Below are positions 1-14,513 of a stretch of 64,000 nucleotides of DNA, piece by piece (positions within the stretch are counted from its first letter, which is position 1; each line of letters opens with the position of its first letter). The notes under the pieces are model-generated. The model was not told the DNA's origin. It did not search any database and saw only the letters and a list, made by a program, of their open reading frames with translations. The position numbers were made by a program, and so were the translations under genes. Location: assembly GCF_025526975.1 (NCBI RefSeq), contig NW_026515685.1, positions 310,001-374,000 of the forward strand, written 5' to 3'. This DNA comes from Fimicolochytrium jonesii (taxonomy: Eukaryota).

Positions 1-672
1 ATCTTCGTGGCATGTTCGGGACCATCGGCGAGTCAAGCGAGGGGAGGACCTCGCAGTCTGCGACGCTGCCAACCTCCCAGCGTCGCCAGCGTCGCCAAAT
101 CATACTGTCCCAGTCAGCAACAGCCAAACCTTCTCCCTTTCTCTGTGTTCTCTTCAACTTTTCGTTTTATGTATTGTACAGTACAAACAGTTGTGGCACA
201 GAAGTGACGAAAATGAAACTCAACGCGCACAAAATAGCTTTTTATACGTACATTGGACCATATTGAACACAGATGAGCCTGATGATGGACCTCCCAAGGC
301 TCCCATCGAACCTCCACCGTCACTGTGAGCGGCTAATTCCTTCGCATTCCACAGGGCTTCTTCTGTTTTTTTTTTCATGTTGAAGGGATATTGAAGGGAT
401 TTGCGGCGAGCTCTTCCAGCGAGGGCTTCCATGGAAGAAAGAGGGAGGAGGTATGGGGGCAAGGGGCGAGAATGAATTGGCAGACTCATCAACGCGGTGA
501 CGGCGGGATGAAGGCTGCAACGATCAATGCAAGCGTGAGCGGGAAATGAAGCACAAGGAGAAGATCGGTGTCAGCTTTACGAAATTGGAGACTCACCCGA
601 GCTTACGAACAACCCACCGCTTGGTCGCCAAGGGAGGAGGGTACGCTCGACGGTCGTCTGATCCGGTTCGTC

Positions 673-680
673 TATAAAAG
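673..680 (+). promoter_or_regulatory. TATA box (TATAAAAG), putative Pol II promoter of the hairpin-cluster transcript
   Basis: Consensus TATAWAAR about 70 nt upstream of hairpin 1. It is followed by a pyrimidine-rich stretch (~697-735), with no convincing protein ORF downstream. Confidence 0.5.
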
Positions 681-749
681 ACGGGGTCTGGAGCTCATCC
701 CCACCACTTTTCTTCATCCGAGTCCCCCAACTCACATCGTTCAGCAAGC

Positions 750-850
750 GCGATTACTGTTCTTTCGCATTCAGGTTCTGTCTTGCACATCAAAAGACAA
801 TACGCAGTGGTGTGCGCAACACATAACTTGGAGCGGAGAATAGTAATTGC
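750..850 (+). ncRNA. pre-miRNA-like hairpin 1 (putative guide 824-847 UAACUUGGAGCGGAGAAUAGUAAU)
   Basis: 750-763 GCGATTACTGTTCT pairs fully (2 G-U) with 837-850 AGAATAGTAATTGC. The stem continues with small bulges to 792/808 and closes a 15-nt loop. Confidence 0.65.
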
Positions 851-905
851 TGTCGTCGGCAACATCAGTTTCCGCTTTTTCTGAACCTGTCAACCGCCCA
901 GCTTC

Positions 906-1034
906 CCAGATACCACATCATCACTGTTCCTTCATTTCTGAGTTTGGTCCTGACGAGCTTTTGCATACGGCTTTCATTCGGCCTGTTGCCCATACGTCAG
1001 CACCTAACTTGGAATGGAGAATGGTAATGTCTGG
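906..1034 (+). ncRNA. pre-miRNA-like hairpin 2 (putative guide 1005-1028 UAACUUGGAAUGGAGAAUGGUAAU)
   Basis: 919-955 pairs with 995-1029 (G-U pairs, 2 single-nt bulges, 3 mismatches). Basal CCAGA/TCTGG at 906-910/1030-1034. Confidence 0.65.
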
Positions 1035-1094
1035 TCTTGATACATTGGCAAGGCCTTGACATCTTTACGGTCGTCTTTTCGATTTTTATTTTGT

Positions 1095-1222
1095 GTCGAG
1101 GTTCCGGTTACTGGTCTTTTCATTTCCGGGTTTTGCCTTGACGCTTCATGCGGCCCCATGTCGGGCCGGAGATGGCGATAATGCATAACTTGGAATGGAG
1201 AACAGTAATCAAGACTTCCGAC
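1095..1222 (+). ncRNA. pre-miRNA-like hairpin 3 (putative guide 1186-1209 UAACUUGGAAUGGAGAACAGUAAU)
   Basis: 1106-1136 pairs with 1183-1210. Basal stem 1095-1103/1213-1222 and an apical GGCCC/GGGCC helix. Confidence 0.65.
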
Positions 1223-1651
1223 GTTCTTTGGAATGTGACCATTTGCCTCGGTTACCCATCACTGGCAACCGATTAGCATCTCAAATTCAGTATGAATGAC
1301 ATCCAAACCATCCACGATCATTGAAGTCTGGCTTTCCTCAGTACCATCTCATTCGCATTCCAAAAACTTGTATTTCCAACAGCGTAATGGTATGCACCAC
1401 AACAGTCTCCCTCCCCCGCGAGAATGGTATATACACATAATCAAAAGGCACCACCGGGAATCCCGAGTCCTTTATCACAACAAAGAACCGCAAGCGCTGA
1501 TAATACCGTTCGGAGCAAAACTGGAGCCCCCGTCACTCCTCTCTCCTGAAGGCACCACCGGTAAACCGGGTCCTTATAGCAAACATAAACCGCAAGCACG
1601 ATATAACCCGACCGAACACAAACTACGGCCCCGTCAACGATTTTTTTTCCT

Positions 1652-5344
<3,693 letters not shown>

Positions 5345-6903
5345 GACTTTAATTAAACGAACGGGTACAGGGGATGGGGAGCGTTAGAAGACAGTCCTAA
5401 CAGTGCAATGAGGGAATTTGCTGTTCTTACCGGATTCAAGTGCAGGCGAAACAGCATCAGCGGGAAGATCGTCCATAGGCACTGCAACAGGATCAGATTT
5501 TTAGCGACGGCGGTCAAACATGACGGCTGAGATGACCGCACCTTCGTCGGGAGCAACGTGGACAATGCCCCACACGGGGCCATCCTGTTGACGCGGGCGA
5601 CGACGAAAACAGCAAAAGGGACGGGACAGCTTTGCGAGGAAACCCATGGTAGATGTAGAGAATGCTAAATCCGCGATTGTCGGAAGAAAGGATACCGCTG
5701 TGCACCTACGATGTGAGGTGCGAAGGATGAAGGATGGAGGAGAAAAACAGGGAAGGATACCTGAAAGGCCGACATTGCGGCGTCGGATCTGGGACTGACA
5801 GCGTAAACAATGTTTACTAATGGAATCCCGAGTTAGCAGAATGGGAACCATTATATCTCCGACATATGAAATGACAGGGACATAATCGAACTATGGACCA
5901 GCACTAGCAAACACAAAGTCCGCTCGATATCGTAAGCCGCGTCGGTCACGTGCTCGTCCAGCGTTGTTGGCGAATTCGTCGAAGTCCGCGTTCACATTCT
6001 TCAGAATTCATCACTGACTACTGGCGAGACGGCTCGGGAGTTCGTTGAAAGTACCGCTTAGCACACTGGTAAATCTGGATGTGCCGGTGTACAAGGAGTA
6101 GAGGACATCTGCCTCCGAACGAGCATCAAAAGATGGGAGGTGAAAAGGCATGGTCTGGCGAGAGCACAGAAAGTCCAGATTCCCAATGCAGAAATGGACT
6201 TGCCCGATCTGTCCGCCTTTGATGCGGAGGAGAGGTGCGCGAGTGGGGGTGCGCGGCATGGTTGGGCTTGTCCGGTCCCTCGGCTCGGTTGGGTGACTTT
6301 GTGAGCATTGTCTCCCGTATTTGTCTCGGCCCCCGGTAACAGCTTCAGCCAATAATAAATAATAAATATTAATTTTATGCAATTTCTGATGGGTCACGGG
6401 GTCTGGATTCAAATATGAATTTGCTTAGGCAGCACAAACAACCAGAAACTCCTCCGAAAAAAGTTGTCGAATGAACTCATCTCAACATCCATGCGCCGTG
6501 CGATGCGGACATTGGCAACCTCCAATAAGAGCTGCCCCACAAATCGATGAGCAAGCCGACTGGGATTAAATGGAACAAACCGTAGCCCCACCCCATCCCG
6601 GCCGCCTCCCAGCCATGGGAACTTCACACGTCGCGAACATGGGCAAATTGCGCGGCCCCCCAGCGAATGGATGTGGGTCGAAGCCGATATTGTTACTGGC
6701 GGCGGCTTACCGTTCGATATCTGCATGCCGAACTTCAAAGCAATCATCGAAGTGAACGGCAACTACCATTTCAATGACATCGCGGGCTGGATGTGGCCAT
6801 CGGCCAAGACAAAGCAGAAGTCGTCGGGAGTCGGAAGTAACCCGAGCAACATGAAGAAGAGTCGAGGAAAAAGAAGCCGCAGGACAGCCGACTCTGGTTT
6901 GTT

Positions 6904-7023
6904 CACCGCCCATCCATCATCCAGCTATACGACGTTTATGACAAATGTAACTGGCTTTTGGGTTATGGAGCTGGTGGGAGGTGTCGAACTCTGTGGCCAC
7001 CTAGTCCAGCATGGCCGTCCGGG
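6904..7023 (+). pseudogene. Degenerate inverted copy of a kinase exon (subdomains IV-V)
   Basis: Reads HRPSIIQLYDVYDKCNWLL/(frameshift)/VMELVGGVELCGHLVQHGRP, versus HHPAIIQLYDVYDKENWLFLVMELVEGGELFDHIIQRGRL at ~4855-4973 on the minus strand. Confidence 0.75.
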
Positions 7024-8598
7024 AGACGAGGAGAGGAGGGAGGCTTCCTCATAAGTAGATTGAGAATGTGATTCTTTCTTGCGTGAGTAGCGGTTGTGTC
7101 AGTCGGGCGATGATGTACTGATTTTGTGCGGTTCTCGTGCCCAGTACCAAGCGTGCTTCTGAAGCATCCAGTATCAGGCTCAACTCGACGCGACCGCCGT
7201 CAGAGAAGCCGCGAGGGACGCGAGAACGTCCCGGTTGAAGGACGGGGACCCCGCCGAAGCGTCGCCGGTTCAAGGCCAACGGCCCCACCACATCTCCCCC
7301 CCAGTACCAAGCATCCGCGACGAATTGCTGACCGCGGTTGCCCGGATGCAAGCGGCGAACCTGGAAGAGGACGCGCGACCTCCGCTTGGAGTAAGAGGTC
7401 GCCCTCCTCAGGCACAGCGACCTCCATTTGAAGGCGAGTCCGGTCCACCTCTCCCCGCGCGGTCAGTAGAGTCACCAGATTGTAGGTGCACACTGCACAG
7501 TGGCATCAGTTCCATCATCGCTGCTACAATTGGTCACATACAAATCCACCATGTGTCTCCCATGGGTCTTTGTCATTACAACTTCATCAGTAGTCATCAA
7601 GATCGTGCTCTGAGTAAACCCAACACCATCAAATGCGCGCCCCTACGTAGAGAGCAAGCACAAGAACTACCTGCCTTCGCAGCATTGCAATCAAGCGGCA
7701 TCCTGTCTCAGGTGGTCCGATCGTGCTTCATTCCTTTGCCAAAGCTCCATTCATATTCATGTTCAGACGGTTGTGCAGCATTTCCGTCCCATGCAGCTAC
7801 TCTCAAACAAATCAGGTGGTGCAACCCGCTGTTTGCCATTTGAGTAAGCCCCACAAGTAGATACTTCTAGTTATCGGGCCGATGATTGATTGATACTCAT
7901 AAAGACCCAGAAGACAAAGAAAAGCTACTGAGCAAATAACATCAGACTTACCTCCGCAGTTGACTCTCATGTCCAGAGTGCCGTCGCGCAAACCTGCCTA
8001 CGTCTGCATCTCCTTCGTCGGCGTCCAATGTCACGAGTCCGACATCTATACATACATCCAACACCAAATCCTGTCACATTCCTGTCAAATATCCATCCTC
8101 CCAGACCTCCACAGCCAAGGGGGCAGTGCTCATTTCCATGCCAGGCTGGTGTTGTGAATTGCTGACGCACAGGCACAACCCCGATCCGCAAGGACGCCCA
8201 AAATTTTACATCTTGCGGATCCCACTTCTTGACCACATAACGCGTTGTAACACCTCGCGCCTGGTGCGGCTGCCAGTGCGCGTCCTTGCGAGGGCCCACG
8301 CGAAAGTTCAAGCGCAAGGTGCGCTGCTGCTCACGGGGCCTGGTGCACCTGGCGGGGCTTGGGGCGTGGAGATGCTCGAATTAAATAATCATTGGGATAC
8401 TTTTAAAATTTAAGGCCTGGCTGGCATGGGCCCCCTGATCTCGTCTCAAATTGACAAAGCAAAAGGGCAAGGAAATTCTGCGGCTGCAACCCTCGAACGC
8501 AACACAAAAGTGGCAGCTCCAACGCATACCCTCCGTTCCGGCTGCAGCTGCAAACTATGAGGCACCATCTACGGGCAGGACGAACGCAACGGCGAGCA

Positions 8599-9864
8599 AT
8601 GAGAACCCAGGTCGCCCTTGTTTTGGCGTTGACGACAGCGACGCAGGTTGCCGCGCAAGGTACAGGCGTTTGTGTCGGTGAAAACCAGGTGTTCTGCCGA
8701 CAAATGTGCTGAACATTCCCTTTCATATTCGCAGCGAGTGCTTTCACGTTTTCTTATTCCGCAAATGGAGCATGGCAAGCCGGTCAGCCCGAAACGGTGA
8801 CATTCGTTCTCGATCGCCTCGTTTCCGACACACTTTTCGTCGATGCCATATATCTCAGCCCGTTGGGTGCGCCGGCGGGAACTGGCCGTATTCGAGCATG
8901 TGCCAATTTGCTGTTTGATGGAGCGCAGAAGAATGCACCATGCGGTGCAGGGTTCTGCACAACGGTGACATGTACGACGACGATTCCTTCCGGGTACCCT
9001 GCCGTAAACTCGTTCGATGTGTCGGCTGAATGGAAGGATTGCAAGAAAATGCCGCTGTTGGATGTTCCTGTGCCTTTCTGTAACGGAGAAACGAGCGTTG
9101 ATCGCGCGGCTCCCGTTCATATTAGCAGTGCTGGTGAGTCTTGGGTGTTTTCGCAGTTTTTATCTGAGAGAGGAGGAGGATTTACCAATCTCATTTCTCT
9201 AGGTCCAGCATCTACAACAAGTGCTTCTACTTCCATCGCTCCGGCCACTTCTTCATCTATTATTTCATCGATAACGTCAACGTCGACATCAGCCAGCACG
9301 ACCGCATCGTCTACGTCCTCGATATCGTCTGCCGCCAGCACGTCCTCTGCGGCCACTCCTTCCTCATCCTCAAAAGTTACGGCCATGGCCTCCTCATCTG
9401 CAACATCCATCGCAACGAGCGCCCCAGTGAACGCGAACCCCGACAGCTCTTCCAGCGGGTCGAACACACCAGCAATCATTGGCGGCGTCATTGCAGCGCT
9501 CGCCGTGCTCTTCGCAGGCGGAGGTCTGTTATGGAGACGGGCCCGCCGGGACAAACAGCTAGACTACGAATTCGAAACGGCCAAACAGCGTCCGTTCTCC
9601 CTCCTCAAGGGCGGCGTGCCACCCCTCATGAACGCTCCTTCGAACGCCTCAATGTCTCAGCCATCACATTTTGCGGACAATCGTGACTCTTACCAAGCGT
9701 ATCCAAGTTTGGGACGGGGACCCGAGATGGGTTATCAGTATGATCCTACGGCGTATGGACCTCCATCCCCGCGTATGCAGAACATCAACATGGTGCACAA
9801 TGTTCCAGCCCATGTTCACCCGGTGGCCACTGACAGACCGCTGGGTTTGCATATTGTTAATTAG
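8599..9864 (+). CDS. Single-pass type I membrane protein, Mid2/Wsc-like architecture (signal peptide, Cys-containing ectodomain, Ser/Thr stalk, TM, cytosolic tail)
   Basis: MRTQVALVLALTTATQVAAQ signal peptide; introns ~8660-8734 and ~9134-9202; S/T-rich stalk; TM AIIGGVIAALAVLFAGGGLLW followed by RRARR. Confidence 0.75.
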
Positions 9865-10127
9865 TTCTGCCTTTTTTTTTTTGTAACATCCCTTTGTAGG
9901 TAGAGAGACTGGGATAGTGTTATCCCAGATTCCGTACTGTAGCAAACCATATTCCCCCGGTATCCACCCCTGTAGACACATAGACTCCTGCTTCCCCCTT
10001 ACATAGCTAGCGACACTTGTAATGTACTGTATATACACCGCGAAATAGGCATGACTTTCGGAAAACCTATCCGCCCGAAAGCTAGAGCGTCCGAGTCGGT
10101 CTGACCACCGCCCAAATTCAAATCCGC

Positions 10128-10139
10128 GTCACGTGACTC
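10128..10139. promoter_or_regulatory. Palindromic E-box GTCACGTGAC(TC) upstream of RPA135
   Basis: 266 nt upstream of the ATG at 10394. An identical 12-mer lies upstream of RPA190. Confidence 0.55.
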
Positions 10140-10393
10140 CACACGATCCGAATTGAACGTTGAAAGCAGAATGACAGCTTTTTGCCTGAGGTTTTTGCAA
10201 AACAGGACCATCGGCTGCTGGTGAGCGGACCGCCCTATGATCAGAAGTGTCCTGTGCATAACGTAGACAAACAGGGAGAGCGAACCGATAAGGAAGGGTG
10301 GACAGGGCAGTGTTCGAAAAAGCCACCGGAAGTTTGAGATTTGGAGCAGCCGACCTCCAGCACGACCCTCAGTTCCAGTGACACCAGCCCGCC

Positions 10394-13300
10394 ATGGCTC
10401 CCTCACAAACAACAACCACCTCCAAAAGGAGAACCGACACCTCGACTTTCCACACCCTCGACCGGCAACAAGCCGCCGTCTACCCGTCCAAAACCCGCCC
10501 GCAGTACCCGGAGCTCGCCAAGCTCTCCGCGCCGCATGTCGAGAGTTTCAACAGCCTGTTTGCGCATGGAACGGCGTCTAGTGGGCTGCTGGATAGGGCC
10601 GTGCAGGATATCGGGAAACGGGTGGTGTTTGATGGGAAGCCCGGGGAGAGTGGACGGAATAAGATTGAATGTGAGTTGGTTTTTAGATGCGGGAGTGCCT
10701 CTGGTGTGACGAATAGCGTACTGATCCAACGAGACCTTTTCAGTATGGCTATCGAGCGTAAGCGTAGGGAAACCAGTAATCGAAGCGGGCGGTGGTGGGG
10801 TATCAAACCAGCTGTTTCCTTCAGAATGCCGCGAACGAGGAATGTCCTACAAGAGCGTGATGCAAGTCCGTTTAAACTGGCGAGTGAACGGCGGCACGGT
10901 GCAAAGCGAAGTGCGATCTCTCGGGAAGCTGCCTGTCATGGTTCGGTCGCTCCGCTGCAACCTGGAAGGCAAATCGCCTCGCGACCTCATCAAACATAAC
11001 GAGGACCCCGACGAGTTCGGGGGCTACTTTGTCAGCAATGGTATCGAGCGTTTGATCCGGTTGCTAATTGTGCCCAGGCGCAACCACCCAACCGCCATCA
11101 TCCGAAACTCGTTCCAGAACCGTGGACCGACCTACTCGCCGTACGGTGTCTCCATGCGGTGCGTGCGACCCGACCAGACCTCCCAGACCGTCACGATGCA
11201 CTACTGCACCGACGGACCCGTCACCCTGCGGTTCTCCTACCGCAAAAACGAGTACATGGTCCCCGTCATGCTCGTCCTCCGCGCCCTCTGCGAAGCCAGC
11301 GATCGCGAGCTCTTCGAACGCCTCACGATGGGGCAGACCTCCAACACCTTCCTCACCGACCGCGTCGAGCTGCTCCTGCGGAGTTTCCGCCGATACGCGG
11401 TGCACACCAAGAAGCAGTGCACGGCGTACCTCGGCGCCAAATTCGCGGTCATGATGGACTCCCCCGACGATATGTACGAGGAGGAGGTCGGCGAGGAGTT
11501 CCTGCGCCGCGTCGTGCTTGTGCATCTCGACGACCCGAGGGAGAAGTTCGATATGTTGATCTTCATGATGCAGAAGCTGTACGCTCTTGTCGCGGGCGAC
11601 TGTGCGGGCGATAACCCGGATTCGCCGCAGCATCAAGAGATCCTTTTGCCCGGCCACCTGTACTTGTCGATCATGAAGGAGAAGATGGGCGACTGGTTGA
11701 CCGCGATCAAGATCCAGATCCAGCAGGATATCCGTTTGAAACCCACCCAGGTCGACTTTATGGACAAGAAGTACATTGTTAAAGTGCTCAGCAAAACGTT
11801 CGGGTCGGCGGATATCGGCCGCAAGATGGAGTACTTCCTCGCCACGGGCAACCTGGTCTCCAACACGGGTCTGGATCTGCAGCAGACGTCCGGTTACACC
11901 ATCGTTGCCGAGAAGTTGAATTTCTACCGATACATCTCCCATTTCCGGTCCGTCCACCGTGGTAGTTTCTTTGCGGAGCTGAAAACGACCACCGTGCGGA
12001 AGTTGTTACCCGAGAGCTGGGGGTTCCTGTGTCCGGTCCACACGCCCGATGGAAGTCCGTGTGGTCTGCTGAACCATTTGGCGCACCTGTGCCGGATCGT
12101 GGTGGATAAGATCGATGTCAGCAAGGTGCCTGCGCTGGTAGCGAGTTTGGGCGTCGGGCAGATGAGCGGGATGGGTCCGCGGACGCGGAACGAGGCGTCG
12201 AATGCGGTGCCGGACGAAACGGATGCGATGGAGATCGATGACGAGGAAGATGATGAGTTTGATGACGTGGAGGACGACGAAGACGAGCTTAACGCGCTGG
12301 ACCCGGAATCGGAGATGAAGCGTCGGAAGAACGTCACTGTTTCCGTGCAGCTGGATGGGAAAGTCATTGGATGGTGCAGCGCCTCGATGGCCGCCAAGGT
12401 CGCGCAACGGCTCCGGCATTGGAAGGTTACCCGCACGCGGCCTATTCCGTTGGATTTGGAAATTGGATACGTCCCGCCTACAAGAGGTGGACAGTATCCC
12501 GGTCTCTTCCTCTTCTCTACGCCGGCGCGCATGATGCGGCCCGTCAAGCACCTCGCGACGGGCGAGCGGGACATGGTGGGCCCGTTCGAGCAGGTGTACA
12601 TGGACATTGCGTGTCTGAAGGAAGACGTGGTCCCCGGCACGACGACACATATCGAAGAATCGCCCACCAACATCCTCAGCGTCGTTGCGAACCTGACGCC
12701 CTTCTCGGACCACAACCAGAGTCCGCGAAACATGTACCAGTGCCAGATGGGGAAACAGTCGATGGGAACCCCCGCGCAGAACTTGCCTAACCGGACGGAT
12801 AACAAGCTGTACCGTCTGCAGACGGGGCAGACGCCTGTTGTGAGACCTAAACTGCACGACGCGTATGGGTTGGATGGGTACCCGAACGGCATGAACGCCG
12901 TGGTGGCGGTTATTTCGTACACGGGCTACGACATGGAAGACGCGTCGATCCTCAACAAGTCGTCGCATGAGCGCGGGTACGGGCACGGCACGATCTACAA
13001 AGGCGAGTTTATCGATCTGAGCGACAAGCGCAAGAAAGGCGAGCCGATGACGCTGCATTTCGGGATCATGGCCGAAGGCACCGCCGCGTTGACGTTCAAA
13101 GACGCCGACAAGATCCTGAAATTCCTGGACGAGGACGGGTTACCGATCATCGGCAACCGCATCACACACGGCGACCCATACTACGCGTACGTCGACGACG
13201 TCACGGGTAAAGTCACCGTCGTGCCCTACAAGGGCATGGAAGACGCCTACATCGACCAGGTCCGGCTGATCGGCACCGACACCGGCGACCAGGAGCTGCA

Positions 13301-14194
13301 GAAGATCCACATCAAGCTCCGGATCCCGCGGCCGCCCGTCATCGGCGACAAGTTCTCGTCCCGGCACGGCCAGAAGGGCGTCATCTCGCAGAAATGGCCG
13401 ACGGTGGATATGCCGTTCAGCGAGACCGGGATCGTGCCGGACGTGATCATCAACCCGCACGCGTTCCCGTCGCGCATGACGATTGGGATGTTTGTGGAGA
13501 GTTTGGCGGGGAAGAGTGGCGCGTTGCATGGGAAGGCGCAGGATGCGACGCCGTGGACTTTTTTGGAGGGGGATGGCGAGCCTGCGGCGGATTATTTTGG
13601 GGAGGAGTTGAGGGAGGCTGGGTTCAATTATCATGGGAACGAGGCGATGTATAGTGGGATTACCGGGGGGGAGTTCAAGGCTGATATTTACATTGGGGTG
13701 AGTTTTTTTTCGTGGAGGGGTGGGTGCTTTGGTGGCTGGTTGTTGGGGAGATTCATTGACTGATTGAGCTGCCCTTTTTTTTTGGGATGTGTTAGGTGGT
13801 GTACTATCAACGTCTCCGGCACATGGTCTCTGACAAATACCAAGTGCGCACGATCGGCCCGGTGCACAACGTCACGCAACAACCCATCAAGGGCCGCAAA
13901 CGGGCGGGCGGGATCCGATTCGGAGAGATGGAGCGCGACTCGCTCCTCGCGCACGGCGTGTCGTTCCTCCTGCAAGACCGGCTGATGAACTGCTCTGATT
14001 ACAGCCAGTCGTGGTGCTGTTCGCAATGTGGGAGCCTGGTGGGTGTGGAGACGGCGCTAGGCAAGCATCGCGCGGTGTGCAGGACGTGTGGGGATGGGAA
14101 GGGCGTGGAGATTGTCGCGGTGCCGTTTGTGTTTAGGTACCTTGTGAGTGAGCTGGTGGCGATGGGGGTCAAGTTGAAGTTGACTGTGGAGTAG
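10394..14194 (+). CDS. RPA135: RNA polymerase I second-largest subunit (A135)
   Basis: [84 protein letters not shown] and a C-terminal Zn ribbon. Introns ~10671-10743 and ~13698-13795. Confidence 0.97.
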
Positions 14195-14513
14195 GGGGGG
14201 AGATGTAAAGGAGGGGGAAGATGCATACGCACGCACACGGTTTGCTTCGACCGACACATGTATTTATTTCATATAGGTTTTCCTTGTCGACTATCTATCT
14301 TTATTTTGCACATCACGGAAAAAAGAAGCAAAAAGATATGTGTGCAATTGGAACGAAATCGGTTTCCCTTCATCTATTTACAACGAACGACTCGCTATCA
14401 TTCGGAACCCCCTCCACATTCCTGTGCCTCCGGCCCTGGCCCAGCCCTCAAGCCTTTCTCCTCGCGCATCGCCCGTCCCTCCCACTCCTCCCACACCTCG
14501 CTATCGCCCGTCC

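Noticed and set aside
568..1210. Repeats as a coding motif (HNLEWR or ITWNGE* peptides; ORFs 568-843 and 847-1059)
   Set aside because: The 181-nt spacing breaks frame, the ORFs lack ATG starts and coding character, and the complementary 5' arms are better explained by RNA structure. It is not formally excluded.
822..1211. CRISPR-array reading of the 24-nt repeats with unique spacers
   Set aside because: The spacers are ~157 nt, each repeat pairs with its upstream spacer rather than being self-palindromic, there are no cas genes, and the context is eukaryotic.
7235..8450. ORFs 7235-7843 and 8126-8413
   Set aside because: No recognisable domain, non-ATG starts and no consistent splice structure; probably intergenic or decayed sequence.
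11064..13634. Long antisense ORFs over RPA135 (similar ones overlie RPL6, IRC3, RRP6 and RPA190)
   Set aside because: These are expected shadows of GC-rich biased codon usage.
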